Assembly: GCF_018350175.1 (NCBI RefSeq)
Contig: NC_058368.1
Location: forward strand, 129,830,001-129,894,000
Reading direction: 5' to 3'
Source of the DNA: Felis catus
Taxonomy: Eukaryota
DNA length: 64,000 nucleotides
Made by a program: the position numbers and the translations under genes. Under the pieces are notes generated by a model, which ran no database searches, was not told where the DNA came from, and saw nothing but the letters and a program-made list of their open reading frames with translations. This document shows positions 11,108-24,874 of this stretch, piece by piece (within the stretch, counting starts at the first letter, position 1; every line of letters starts with the position of its first letter).

Positions 11108-11612
11108 ATTTATGTTTGTATGTATGTATGTATTATGTTTAATTTTATTTTTGAGAGAGAAGGAGAGTGCATGCACACGCGGGGAGAGGCAAAGAAAGAG
11201 GGGGACAGAGGATCTGAAAGGAGCTCCGTGCTGACGGCAGAGAGCCTGATGGGGGACTTGAATTCATGACCTGAGCCAAAGCTGGCCGCTTAACTGACTG
11301 AGCCACCCAGGCGCCCGACTCTTTTATTCATTCTTTATCTCTCTCTGTTTCCTTGTTGAGTACCGTGAATGCAAGTTGAACTACCAGAGTTTACGGGAGC
11401 CAGGGTGGGTGGCTTAGTCGTCGGAGCGTCCCACGTCAGCTCAGGTCATGATCTCAAGGTTCGTGAGTTCGAGCGCTGTGTGGGGCTCTGTGCTGACAGC
11501 AGCCTGGAGCCTGCTTCAGAGTCTGTGTCTCTCTTTTTCTTTGCCCCTTCTCTGCTTGTGCTCACTCTCTCTCTCTTTCAAAAATAAATAAACATTGAAA
11601 AAAAACAAACAA
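11108..11612. mobile_element. Head-to-head CAN-SINE pair (minus 11108-11316, plus 11396-11612)
   Basis: Two SINE bodies in opposite orientation about 80 bp apart. Confidence 0.88.
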
Positions 11613-12270
11613 GAATTACCAGAGAGTTGAAACAAAGTGGGATGTTACATACTCTGGAGGTTAGTTTGAATGGGCTTGAAAAGTCAGAGATGGGTTCAGA
11701 TTTGAGACTTTACACATCTGTACGCAGAGATTGGGATTTAGTAATTGAATTCATTTAACAAATATTTATAAATCACTTTCATATGTGCCAGGTGCATTTT
11801 TAGATTCTGGTGCTACACCTTTGAACAAAGGAAGTTCCTGGTGTCTGGACCTTAAGTTTTAATTGAGGGAGTCTGTACAGTAAACACATAGATATTAGAA
11901 TGTCAAATAGTAAAAAGTGTCATGCAGAGAAATTAAGAAAGATATCCAGAAAAGAGAGATTCTGGGTTGAACAACCAACTTGATGAGTCAACAACTTGAG
12001 CAAAGACTGAATTGAAGTTAAAGAGCAAAACATGCAGGTACTTAGAGGCAAGAGTTTTCTAGTCAGAGGGAGCAAAATCTATAAGATAGATTTGATGTAT
12101 CTATTCCACTGAAGATGGACCCATGTTGTCTCTTTCTTACTATAGACAACTCCCAGGATAAATGCCCTTATCCTTGTCTGCTCTTATAAGCCTGTGTAGG
12201 AGTTTCTTTGGTTATAGCACCAAGTGTGCGATTGCTGGGCCAAAGGATAAAACCTGTTTGGTTGTAGGAT

Positions 12271-12297
12271 ACACACACACACACACACACACACACA
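12271..12297. repeat. (CA)n microsatellite
   Basis: Uninterrupted acacac run. Confidence 0.95.
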
Positions 12298-12551
12298 GGC
12301 ATACACATTTAGGTTTTTTAGAGATGGCAGGATTGCTCTCCAGAGTGGTTGTACCAATGTATATATACTCTTAGCAAGCATAAGGGTCTCTCTTCCACAG
12401 GCTAACGTTGAATATTTTGGGGACTTTTTAATTTTTGCCAGTCTGACTAATTTTGGCAGTCACAGTCGCATGTTCTTCCGACTGAGCCAGCCAGGTGCCC
12501 CCATCAGTCTGATTATTGTAAAGTAATATATCTGTTTTTTTAAAAATTCCT

Positions 12552-12795
12552 GGGGCGCTTGGGTGGCTCAGTCGGTTGAGCGTCCGACTTCAGCTCAGGT
12601 CATGATCTCACAGCTCGTGAGTTTGAGCCCCGCGTCGGGCTCTGTGCTGACAGCTCAGAGCCTGGAGCCTGCTTCTGCTTCTGCTTCTGTGTCTCCCTCT
12701 CTCTCTGCCCCTAACCCACTCGCATTCTGTCTCTGTCTCTGTCAAAAATAAATAAACATTAAAAAAATTTTTTTTTAAATAAAAAAAATAAAAAT
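12552..12795 (+). mobile_element. CAN-SINE with TSD taaaaattcctg
   Basis: Full head, body and tail with flanking direct repeat. Confidence 0.92.
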
Positions 12796-13329
12796 TCCTG
12801 ATAACTAGTGAGGTAGCATCTTTTCTGGTATTTATAACCCATTTGGCTTTTTCTGTGAATTGTCTATATGCTTTGTCCAGTTTTCTTTTGTATTTCTTGT
12901 TGATTCACAAAGGTTTCCTGTATGTTCTATGTAATCTATCGTTGTTTATTCATTTAAAATATCTTATAATTTTTATTTTGTTAATATTGCCAATGATATT
13001 TTCATTAACTCCATTAATTTTGGTTTTCAACTTTTGATGTAGTATAATTTACCAGGAAAATGAGCGATAGTTTTGATGTATTCCGGTTCTCAAGTTTAGA
13101 ACTTTATAAAAAAAAATCTGTTAATTTCACTTGAGGTATCAATGGACAACACGGATCAAAAGGAAAATGTGGTAGTCCATGGAGTATTAGGTTGGGGTAG
13201 TAGACTTCTTTCTAGTTCTAGAAATGTCACTAATGAACCTGGGACTTAAGAGAAGTCACAGTTTATCTTCTTAACCTCTTTGAGACACAATATCTTGGTC
13301 AGTAAAATAAAATGCTTAAATCAGATGTA

Positions 13330-13599
13330 TAGTTGACCCTTGATCAAATGGCTTTGAAATCTGTGGATCTGTTTTCAGGTGTGTGTGTATTTTTTGATAC
13401 ATTATAGTACTATACATGTATTTTCTTGTCCTTAATATTTTTCTTCAGCTTATTTCACTGTAAGGATATAGCATATAATATATACAATATGACATACAAA
13501 ATATGTTTTATTCAACAGTTTATTGTTAAGGCTTCTCATCAGCAAACTATTAAATTTTGGGGGAGTCAAAACTTAAATGCATTGTTTGAGGGTCAGCTA
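13330..13599. mobile_element. Tigger2a-like (TcMar) non-autonomous DNA transposon
   Basis: TIRs tagttgaccct/agggtcagcta with TA on both sides; the internal ggggagtcaaaa motif is shared with the copy at 48148. Confidence 0.8.
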
Positions 13600-13889
13600 T
13601 ATTTACTATTTAGAGAACTGATATGCGTAGCTCCACGATGATAAAAAATTATTTTAATGTTTGAAAACATTATTTTAATGATAAAATGTGTCATAGTTCC
13701 AAACGGTGGAGACATTACTGGTATGAATTCCATACATGTTTTAATGAATGAATTTTTATAAATGCAGTGACTCTTTAGGCTAGACTCTCACAAGAATGAG
13801 ATTCTTTTGAGGCAGGATTATAGACAGTGTTGTCCTGGACCAGTAATGGGAGACTATCAATCAAAGATGTGTATATTTGGCTTTTCGGT

Positions 13890-16800
13890 TTTTACATTTT
13901 TTTTAAATTAAAAAAAATATTTATATATAGAGAGAGCATGAGCCGTGCAACAGGGGAGAGGGGGAGAGGAAGAGAGAGAGAATCTTAAGCAGGCTCCATG
14001 GTCACTGTGGAGCCCAATGCAGGGCCCAAAACAGGCGCGATCCCACTACCCTGGGATTATGACCTGAGCTGAAACCAAGAGTTGGAAGCTCGCTTGCCTG
14101 AGCCACCCAGGCGCCCCAAAGATATGTATACTTGGAGAGGACTGATGATCCCTTAGCACTTAGTGAAAGGTTTTGACTCAACTTAAATCCAATCAGTTAT
14201 AGTCTATTAAATTTGGGCTGTGCTATTCCTTTAATTCAAAGCTCAAAATCTAGCTTACTGCTTTTTCTTCCTTTGTTTTATATCATAGAAGAAACTATAA
14301 AGCCAATAACTATAATTGCTGTTTTTATATAGATTTTATTTATTTATTGTCACTGTTGTTTAGGATAAGCTTTTTAACTTTTCCTATTATGAAATACTCA
14401 TTCATGGGGAAGTGTTATGTACAGTGAACAGGCAAGAAATTTATTGTAGTTTCTCAATGTCATTTTACTAAAAACTCCCAGTGAGATGCACACATTTGGG
14501 TTTACTGGACTAGACATCTCTTACAGCTGCCTCCTGGTGCCGTTTACTGCCTTCTTCAATACTGTATGGTTTCCCCATTCATTTCCCTGTCTCCCACCAC
14601 TAGACTATATTGCCTGTAAGCGCAGGAACTCTTGTCTTTTTAGTTCATTGATACATCTCAGGTGACTAGAATTATAACCTGGAACTTGTAGGTGTTCCAT
14701 AAATATTTGATGAATGAACGAATGTAGAAAAGTCTAATGATAAACTGAGTAAATATCAGGAAGTTGTATAGAGAGTACAGGATTAGAACAAAGGGTGTTA
14801 GATGTTCCTAGTGAAAGGTACTGCTGAATTTTGTTGCCCTGATATGCCCCATTCAGTAGAACAATTACTTTAGTTTTTTCTCTTCTTTCCCTCCATTCAT
14901 TTAGCAAGCATACTGTTTACTCTTGTAGTATTTTTAAAAAATGTTTATTTATTTATTTTGAGGGAGAGAGCGCAAGTGGGGAAGGGACAGTGAGAGAGGG
15001 AGAGAGAAAAATAATTCCAAGCAGGCTCCATGCTCATCACAGAGCCTCTTGGGCTCCATCCCAAGGCTCTGGGATCATGACCTGAGCCGAAATCAAGAGT
15101 TGGACACTTAACCCACTGAGCCACCCAGGCGCCCACTTGTAATATGTTTTGTAGATACTCTTTACTGTGATGTAATCCCTGTTCTTCGAGAAGGATTATT
15201 GTGTCTGTGAACTCTTTCTGTTTGACCTTTTCTAACTTTGCCTTCCACTCTTGGAAGTGACCATCACAGTATTGTTTTGTTCAGTTCATCAAATATTTAC
15301 TGAGTATTTGCTGTATGTATCCCTGATATTGTAGTAGGTGCTAGCATATATAGATGAATCGGCAGTTTTTGCCTTTAAGCAGCTCATGATTTTGTAGATG
15401 GGATGCAAGTAAGTAAGGAATAGGTGTAGTAATAGAAGTACATGCTATGTAGAACAATGGTGTGGGAGAAGGAGTACTTTACACTCCAATGTAGTTGTAC
15501 TTTTCCAGGTGATGTTTGCTGGGAACAGCTTTGGTGATCTGTGTCATGGTCTGTTAGATACCACTAAAAAAAAAAACCCAAAAAACCTGGAAGTAGAATC
15601 ATGTAATGAACCTTTCTATCTACCTATCACCGACCTTTAACGAAGATCAACTTTTTTTTTTTTTTTTTTTTTTTTACTTCCACCTAACTTCCCTTCTGAA
15701 TATGTTGTTAGCAAGATCTAGGAGCTTGGTTAGACTCATATTTAACTAATTTTTTTTTTTTGTTTAGCAAGCTATTTTCTTCTAATTTAAGACTTTGGTT
15801 TCTCAAAATAATAAAGTGTCTCTAAGTTTTCTAATATAACTTTTCTGTTTGTATCATCTTTGAATTTTTCCCTGGTCTTCACAGAAATTCATTTCTTTCT
15901 TGGCTTTTTCTAGTTTGCTTTTTACTCCAGCAGTTTTCTAATGTTTCCTATCCCTAATTCTCCAAGAATGTGTTTCTCTCTCCTATAAGTTTGTAGACTG
16001 GAACTGTAGATCATGATTCAACTTGCAAGAATTTCACTATCTTTAAAAAAAAAAATGACATCTTTCTCTCATCTCTCTTTAGGAAGTACTCCAGTAATAC
16101 ATGGTAAATACTATATTGCTTATACTTTTCATCAAAAGGCTACTCTCCATTGAAGTTTTTATTTATTTGCCCGCTACTGCTTCTTTCAGGAGGAGAATTA
16201 GGGCTGTTGAGTTATTAATTCCATTTTCTCAGTGGCTTATATCTGGCCTTTATTTTCTGTCTTTCTAAATGTTTATATTTTTCTTCAGTGTGGATTCTGC
16301 AAGGGTTTTCTCACTGGCTGATTTTTGTCTCCTGCTTGTATCCCTCTGTTCTTGTTCCATAGTTTCTCAGTCACTGTTTGCTAGAACAGCAGCTTACACT
16401 ATTACTTTTTCTTAAGTTCTGTCATACTTACTTTGTATAAAGCTCAGAACACATTCATGTCCTCATCGCACATTTTCTTTTGGTAGAGAGTATTTTTAAT
16501 GACGCACTATTTAGCTGTAGAAGTAGAGACTGTGCTGTAAGGAAGCTCTGTGGTTGTCGTGTTTTGCCTCAAGGCAAGGTTTTCATTTTCATTTGTTTGT
16601 TTATTTAGAAACAGTGTGAGTGGGGTCAGGGGAGAGGGGCAGAGGGAGAGAAAGAATCTTTTTTTTTAATTAAAAAATTTTTAATGTTTATTTATAAACA
16701 TTAATAATTTAATGTATATAACATAATTGATTAAATTAATATTTATTTTTGAGAGAGACAGAGTGTGAACAGGGGAGGATCAGAAAGGAAGGGAGACACA

Positions 16801-18808
16801 GAATCTGAAGCAGGCTCCAGTTTCCCAGCTGTCAGCGCAGAGCCCCATGTGGGGCTTGAACTCATGAACTGAGATAATGATCTGAGCCAAAGTCCGATAC
16901 TTAACCAGCTGTGCCACCCAGGCTCCCTGAGGGAGACAGTCTTAAGCAGGGTCTACGTGGACTTGACACCAGGCTCTATCCCACGATCCTGAGACCATGA
17001 CCTGAGCCGAGATCAGGAGTTAGATGCTCAACTCACTGAGCCATCCCAGGGGCCCCTCATTTTCATATTTTAATTCCCTCCTTCTTGCATTCTGTTATTT
17101 ATGCTCCTGTTGTGTTCTTTCCCTCAGGTTCTCTCCTCTTAGCATTCTTTGTCTTAACTTTTTGAACCCTGAAAACCCTTGCTCTATTTCCAGATGATTG
17201 TGTTGGCCAAGTGGTCACTGAGAATTCCAGTGTCTTCCTCTTCCCCTGGCCTTCCTTTAGGGGAACAGGATGCTTGGAACGTATTCTTTGGGATGTGGTA
17301 TGGACTTCTTACCATCAGGTGGCCCTGCAGGTTACTTGATTTCTTTTTGTATCTTTAGGACTAGTAGATGTAGTAGTGTGTTACCTGGTAAAGAAACAAG
17401 TTGATGTGGAAACTGTGACGGAGCATAATTAGAATTGAAATTAAAGACACTTGTGCTAACAAATAGAAGTTTGTTTTCCTTTTATGTGATGGGCATTTAT
17501 TGTAAATGCTATGTTGTATATAATATTTATAAAAATATAATAAGCTTAAAGGAAAGGAAATAATTGTGAATTTTGGATTAGGTTCATTTTTCTCCAGCTG
17601 TTACATATTTTAAGATACTGTCTTTAGAAACACCAAATAGTAAGAATATGAAATGCCTTGTAGAGATGACTGCAATTAAAACTGGCATTTGAATATAAGA
17701 CTCAGAGAGTTCCCTGAGAAAGGGAGATTGCCTTTTGGTAAACATTGCCATCACAGATGCAGGTAATATGGTAGCACCCTTGCTTATCTGTTCTTGCTAC
17801 TGAAAGACAAAGTTTTTAAGTTTTCTTTTATGAACTGTTAGGATGAGAGTGCAATTACTGACCACATTACCAACTTAAATGTGGTATACTTAATATATTG
17901 CCATGATTTCTTGGTACGTACTTGACAAGAGAAATAAATGATTTGCAGCGGTTGAGAAATAGTGCTTTTTTAAGAGTGGGGAAGAGAAATCAAGCAAATA
18001 TTCCCATGGAAATTTAGAGCAGGTATAAAGGGAAAAGTCTTGATCTTTTAAAAAAGTACTTTTTCATCACTAAGATTACATTTTTACATTATAAGAATCC
18101 ACATAAACGCCAAGACTACCCTAACACAGAGGTGAGAGAGTGCGCCGGGGAGGAGCAGAGAGGGGGGATGGTCAGAGGATCTTAAGTGGGCTCCGTGCTG
18201 ATAGCTGGGAGCCTGATGTGGGGCTTGAATTCACGAACCGTGAGATCATGACCTGAGCTGAAGTTGGACGCCTAACTTGACTGAGCCACCCAAGCGCCCC
18301 TCTTATATATGTATTTTACATAGTATATATTATTTAGCATCATAGATATTTGTCTAATTACAAAACAGTAAAATAGAGTATTTTTTAAATGTTTATTTTT
18401 GAGAGAGAGAAAGACAAATGGGGGGGGGGGCGCAGCGATAGAGGGAGACACAGAATCCAAAGCAGGCTTCAGGCTCTGAGCTGTCAGCCCAGAGCCCAAC
18501 ACGGGGCTCGAACTCGGGAAACACGAAATCATGAGTTGAGCCAAAGTCCAATGCTTAACTGACTGAGCAACCCAGGTGCCCCAAGACTAAAAGAGAGTAT
18601 TTGTTTTTTAAGTTTATTTATTTATTTTGAGATAGAGACCACATGAGTGGGGGAGGGACAGAGAGGGGGGGAGAGAGAGAACCCCAAGCAGTCTCCGCGC
18701 TGTTAACACAGAGCCCAGCGGGGGCTTCGAACTCACAAACCGTGAGATCATGACCTGAGCTGAAACCAACAGTAGGACACTTAACCTACTGAGACCCTCA
18801 GGCACCCC
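13890..18808 (-). mobile_element. Series of antisense CAN-SINEs (about 13890-14116, 14930-15135, nested pair 16585-17056, 18127-18300, 18384-18582, 18603-18808)
   Basis: Repeated reverse-complement heads (ctgagccacccaggcgcccc-like) preceded by T-rich tails. Confidence 0.85.
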
Positions 18809-19469
18809 TAAAAGAGAGTATTTTTAAGTCCTGACTGGTTTAGAAGGGTTTAAGCTTACTTGTAGTGTCTGTCACCAAACAGGAATTTGTAGGTCCTTTA
18901 AAACTCTTAATTACATGAGATATTTTATCAGAGAAGAGAAAGCAGACAAATATCTTCTCTTTTCCTTGTTATGTATGTTCTGTTGCATATCTCTTATTCC
19001 AAAATAGATCAATCTTTGACAGTCTGGCATGAGGTCTCATGGGGAATGCTTTAATAGCCTTGGTGATTGTTTAAACTTGATGGTATTCGGACATATATGG
19101 AAGCATATCTAGTCAAAACCATTTCTAGGAAGTGTTATTAACATACAGTATACAAGGATGCTAAACAGCCTATAACATGTGCACAGGGAAGACTTTTCTT
19201 GTTCAAACTGAACTGACCTCTGTTGAGAAGTGTAAATGAATCCAAATGGTGCAGTATGGATTTGAATGAGGCTAGTGTCTTTGGTACCTCCTTGGTTTGT
19301 GTCAAAAATATTAGGTCCTTTTATCTGGCTTTAATTTTTTGAAATAGTGGTGTTCCCTGATCTGAATTAACATCAGTTATGGTTGTTGATAGTGCCGCCA
19401 CATATTTTTCATTTATTTAGTCACTTCCTTGTTTCTTGCTGATTTGGCATTTACATAGGGCACTTAAAA

Positions 19470-21781
19470 AGAAACAGCTTTATTAAGGTGTAATGCACAG
19501 ACCGTACAGTTCACCCACTGGAAGTGTATAATTCAGTTGTTTTTAGTGTATTCACAGAGTTGTGTGACTATCACTACAATCAATTTTAGGACATTTTTAT
19601 CAACCCAAATAGTAACCATATCCCCATCAGCAATCGCTCCACCTTTTCCCCCAATCCTCTGGCCCTAGGCAACCACTTATATGCCTTTTATCATTATAAA
19701 TTTGCTTATTTTGGGCATGTCATTAAAAGACACACCTTGCAGTCTTTGTGACTGGCTTCTTTGACCTAGCAGGTCAAATGAATCAGGGTTCATTTGTGTC
19801 GTAGCATGTTGCAGGATTTCATTCTTATTAATTGCCAAATACTATTCTATTGGATGGAATACCACATTGAGTTGTTTTCACTTTTTGCTATTACGATATT
19901 GCTGGTCACGTTTTTGTAGTGTACAACAAATGTAGACCTAAATCTTCATTTCTTTTGGGTATATATACCTAGAGGTAGAATTTTTTTTCATATACTATGT
20001 GTTTAACATTTTTAGACCCTGACAGACTTTTCCGAAGTGGCTGCACCATTTTACATTCTCACTAGCAAAGAATGAGGGTTCCACTTTTTCCACATCTTCA
20101 CCAGTATCTTTTATTATTTTTGTTTTTAGTCATAGTAGTGGTTTTTTTTTTTTAATTTTTTTTTCTCAATATTTATTTATTTTTGGGACAGAGAGAGACA
20201 GAGCATGAATGGGGGAGGGGCAGAGAGAGAGGGAGACACAGAATCAGAAACAGGCTCCAGTCTCCGAGCCATCAGCCCAGAGCCTGACGCGGGGCTCAAA
20301 CTCACAGACCGCGAGATCGTGACCTGGCTGAAGTCGGATGCTTAACCGACTGCGCCACCCAGGCGCCCCAGTCATAGTAGTGGTTTTGATTTGCATTTCT
20401 CTAATGGCTAATAACTTAGGCATCTTTTCATATGCTTATTGACCATCTGTTCATCTTTGTAGAACTGTATATTCAAAACTTTTGCTTTTTTATAATTTTT
20501 TTTTTTAGAACAGTTTTAAGTTTACACTAAATTGAGAGGCAGGTACATAGATTTCCAATAGACTCTGCCCACACACGTACACAATCTCCATTACCAACAT
20601 TCCTCACCATAATTTTTTTTTTTTTTAAACATCATTCACCATAATGGTGCAGTTTTTTTTTTTTTTTTTTTTACCAGGATGAACCTACGTTGACACATCA
20701 TAATCACTCAAAGCGTGTAGTTCCCTTAAGGGTTCACTCTCGGTGTTGTGCATTCAGTGTGTTTGGACAAATGTTATAATGACATCTATCCATCATTATA
20801 ATATAGAGTATTTTCTCCATCTTAAAAATCTGTGATCTACCTGTTCATCTCTCCTCCCACTCAACTGATCTTTTATATAAGTTTTGACTTTACCATAATG
20901 TTATATAGTTGAAGTCTTATAGTATGCAGCCTTCTTGGATTGGCTTCTTGCACTTAGTAATGTGTATTTAAGTTTCCTTCATATTTTTTCATGGCTTGAT
21001 AATTTCTTTTTAGCACTCAATAATCTGTTGTCTGGATGTACCATAGTTTATCTGTTCACCTACCGAAGGATGTCTTTGTTGCTTCTAAGTTTTGGCAGTT
21101 AGAATAAAGCTTATGTGCAGGTTTTTGTGGACATAGTTTTATTTTTTAATGTTTATTTTTGAGAAAGTGTGTGCGTGTGCACGTGAAGGCAAGCAAGGGA
21201 GGGGCAGAGAGAGGGAGACAGAGGATCTGGACCAGACTCCACGCTGACAGCAGAGAACCCAATGTGGGGCTTTGAACTGTGAGATCATGACCTGAGTCAA
21301 AGTGACGTTTAACCGAATGAGCCACCGAGGTGCCCCTTGTGCATAGTTTGATCTTCTTTGGGTAAATACCAAAAAGCACAATCACTGCATTGTGTAGTAA
21401 GAGTATGTTTACTTTTGTAAGAAACTATTAAATTGTCTCCCAAGGATATTTTGCATTCTTTCCAATAGTGTCTGAGAGTTCCTATTGCTCCACATCCTTG
21501 CTTGGCATTTGGTATTATCATTGTTCTAGATTTTGACATTGTAATAGGTGTGTAGTGTTATCTTACTGTTGTTTTAATTGTCATTTCATAGGTGACATAT
21601 GATGTGTATCTTACTGTTTCATTTTGCATTTCCCAGGTGACACATGATGAACATCTTTTCATATGCTTATTTGCTATCTGTTTATCTTCTTTGGTGAAGT
21701 GTCTTTTAAGGTCTTTGTTCTCGAAATTGGATTCTTTTTTTATTGTTGAGTTTGAAGAATTCTTTGTATATTTTGGATAAC

Positions 21782-21815
<34 letters not shown>

Positions 21816-22330
21816 CAGGTATGTCTTTTGGAAATATTTTCTCCCAGTTTCTGGCTTGTCTTCATACTCTTTTGATATTGGCTTTTGCAGAGCAGAAGTT
21901 TTTAATTTTAATGAAGTCGAGCTTCTTAGTTATTTCTTTCATGGATTATGTCTTGGGTGTTGAATCTAAAAAGACATCACTGTACCTTAGAAAACCCATT
22001 TAGATTTTCTTCTATGTTCTCTTCCAGGAGTTTTATAGTTTTGTGTTTTACGGTTAAGTCTGATGCATTTTGAGTTAATTTTTGTGAAGGGGTTTAATTA
22101 ACGTCTGTCTGGATTAGTTTTTTTGAATGTGGCCATCGAGTTGTTCTGGCACCATTTGTTGAAGACACTGCCTTTGCTCCGTTGTATTGCCTTTGCTTCT
22201 TTGTTAAAGGTCAGTTGAGGGGTCTATTTCTGGGCACTCTGAGCTGTTGGGGTGATCTCTTTGTTTTTTGCTAATACCACGCTGTCTTGATTACTGTAGC
22301 ATTAACACTAAGTCTTGAAGTTGGGTAGTG
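19470..22330 (-). mobile_element. Old L1 (L1M-type) 3' fragments with inserted SINEs (20145-20369, 21136-21336)
   Basis: L1 signatures ttccgaagtggctgcaccattttacattc, ttttgatttgcatttctctaatg and gttgttctggcaccatttgttgaagac; SINE TSD agtcatagtagtggtttt. Confidence 0.8.
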
Positions 22331-24874
22331 TCACCCTTTCACCATTTCTCTCTCTTTTGGCTCTTTCCAACTGGAAGTTGGGTCTAGAGTCTTGGTTAAT
22401 TAAGGCTGATGATATTTGGTATTTTAGAGGTAAGGTTGTATACTTATTGCATCACATCAGGAGGCACTTAAGGTCAAGTTGTGCAGCTGTTGTTGATACT
22501 AAGTTTGTTCTTTTGGTTGAGCTGGTGACTGACAGATCTCTTCATTTTAAAGATCTGTTTGTTCACTGAATTTAGCAAGTCATTGGTGGGTGGTATTTGA
22601 ACATACTGGGAATATTCTGTTCTCAATTTGTCGTTCTTTCATGTAATGGTTTTAGCATCCTTTGTTGAACCATGCCTCAGTAAATTATTTCACTGAGGGA
22701 GGCTTTTTTGTTTTTGAAATTCTTCAATTTTTATTGTATTTTTTTCTAAGTCATTTCACTTACAGCTTTAATATTTAATAGTGGCGTGGAGTTATTGTTT
22801 GTGTGGCATATTTTCAAACTAAGGACAGATACAGATAATGGGACAGCCTATAGAAAATGGTTATGGCTGCAGTGAAGGTCACTGCAGGCCAGGGAAATCT
22901 GTTGTTGGCAGGCAGAGGTGCTGAGTTTTCCCTTACCTAATTGTTTCTTTTAATGAAAACTAGAAAGTTTCCAACTGTAGGCACATCTGTATGTCTTTGG
23001 ATTTTGGGTTTTTCCAGGATTTGGAAAGTAACTTCCAGGAATGGGCCTAGGAAGTCCATTTATAGGGTATGAGTATTTTTAGGCTCTTGGTCACTTATTT
23101 CCAGGTTATTTAGACTTAAAAGTATCAAAGACTACAACACGTTCAGTGATGAATGAATTAAATTGACTAAATTGTAAAATAGAAGATTGAAATGCTTCCC
23201 CTTTTAATTTGCACCTTCTCTTTTCCTATTGTTCTTAGGGAAAAAGAATTTGCGTTTAGATTTTTAATAATTCTCTTCTATAGTTCAGAGCTAATACAGT
23301 ATTCATAAGCACTATCTTTCTTGCTTATGAATTTGAAGTTATGTGCAGTAACGAAAATCAGAGCAGCCTCATTGTGTGCATTATGTTTTTATTTTTTTAA
23401 GTAGGCTTTGCACCCATTGTGGAGCCCAGTGTGGGGCTTGAACTCCAGACCTGAGCTGAAATCAAGAGTTGGACGCTTAGTTGACTGAGTCATCCAGCCA
23501 CTCCGTATTGTGTACGTTATTAATTAGGAAACCCAGGCATCCATTCTTTTAATACGGTTAGAAGATTTCTTTCACTCTGTATGGACATCTTTACAGCAGA
23601 GACACACCTGTGCTTCCACTGTGAGGGAGGGACTTGCTTCCCAGGCTTTCAGGCTTATCTGGTGATGGTCTCCAGGAAGATTCTTTCAAGTTCTTGGAGA
23701 CATGCCTTTAGCTCTTCCCGCAACGGAGTATTTGTCTCTCCCTATTCCTTCCACCTGCCTCCCTCCCTCCCTCCCTCCCTCCCCCCCTTCTTCCCTTTTC
23801 ATCTTTTGCTATTTACTGTCAAGTCTTCAGATTTTTTTTTTTTTTTTTTTTAATGGAGATGAGCTGTGTGTCTGGATCATTACCAGGTGGCAGTAACAGT
23901 AGCAACCCTATTAATTTCTGTATTCTAATTCCAAAAAAGGGTATTGAAGTGTAGTTTGCTGGGTGTACCACCCTCTAACCTGACCACCAGTCATCAGTGG
24001 TCATCTTTTTAAAGATTTTATTTTTATATAATCTCTGCACCCAACATGGGCTTAAACTCCACAACCCTTCGATCAAGAGTTGCATGCTCTACTGACTGAG
24101 CTGGCCAGGTGCTTTGGTAGTCACCTATCTTTTATTCAAATAAAAGTTTATTTCTGTAGTGTTATGTTTGAAGGTCTCACTACATTTTTTCCCGTTCTTT
24201 GTCACCATTGCTATCCTTTCAAGTGAATTCTACAATTGAGTACTCTGTTAATATTTCCTACATAGAAAACGTGATCCTTTTAAATTATTAGGGATTCAGG
24301 AATCTTTTTGACAGTTTCTCCAGGAACCTATTAGGTGAGAACACGGTGTGTTTGTAGGTGTTCGGGAGTAGGGTGGTGTGGTGAGTCCATTTTATGTTAA
24401 AGTAGGAAGAGCTTGTGTTCTAAAGACTTGGTTATCAGGCCTCACTCTGCCATATACTAGTTTGCTACCTGACCCTGGATAACTCTGTTGATAACTCTAA
24501 GTCCTTCCTCTTATAAAACAGTGATATTAATCCACATGCCAGATTTGCTTTTATAGGCTTGTTATGGCATCTTTAAAAAAAATTTAATAGGCTTTAGCAT
24601 TGTGGTATTTTAAATAATCCATTATAGGTCCGTCATTCCTGAGTCGTTATTTTTGATGATGCATTTAATCTGCAATTTCGGAAGTGATTGCTTTTTAAAG
24701 ATTCCTTTAAAAGTTAATTAGCACTTGGTAATCTTTCTAGCAGAAGTTCTGAATGGTGGTTTCTCAGGCCTAAAAGCTTTTTGCCCATGAAATAAACCAC
24801 TCATAATATTGTTTGTGTGGAGGAAATACACTGGATTCCAATTGGTATTCTAGAATCTTAGTTTTTACAGTTAA

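Noticed and set aside
5086..23895. Other CTCF-like strings (5086, 8520, 17312, 23880)
   Set aside because: The first two are SINE-head junction artefacts (agagggggcgcc); the others have two mismatches to the core.
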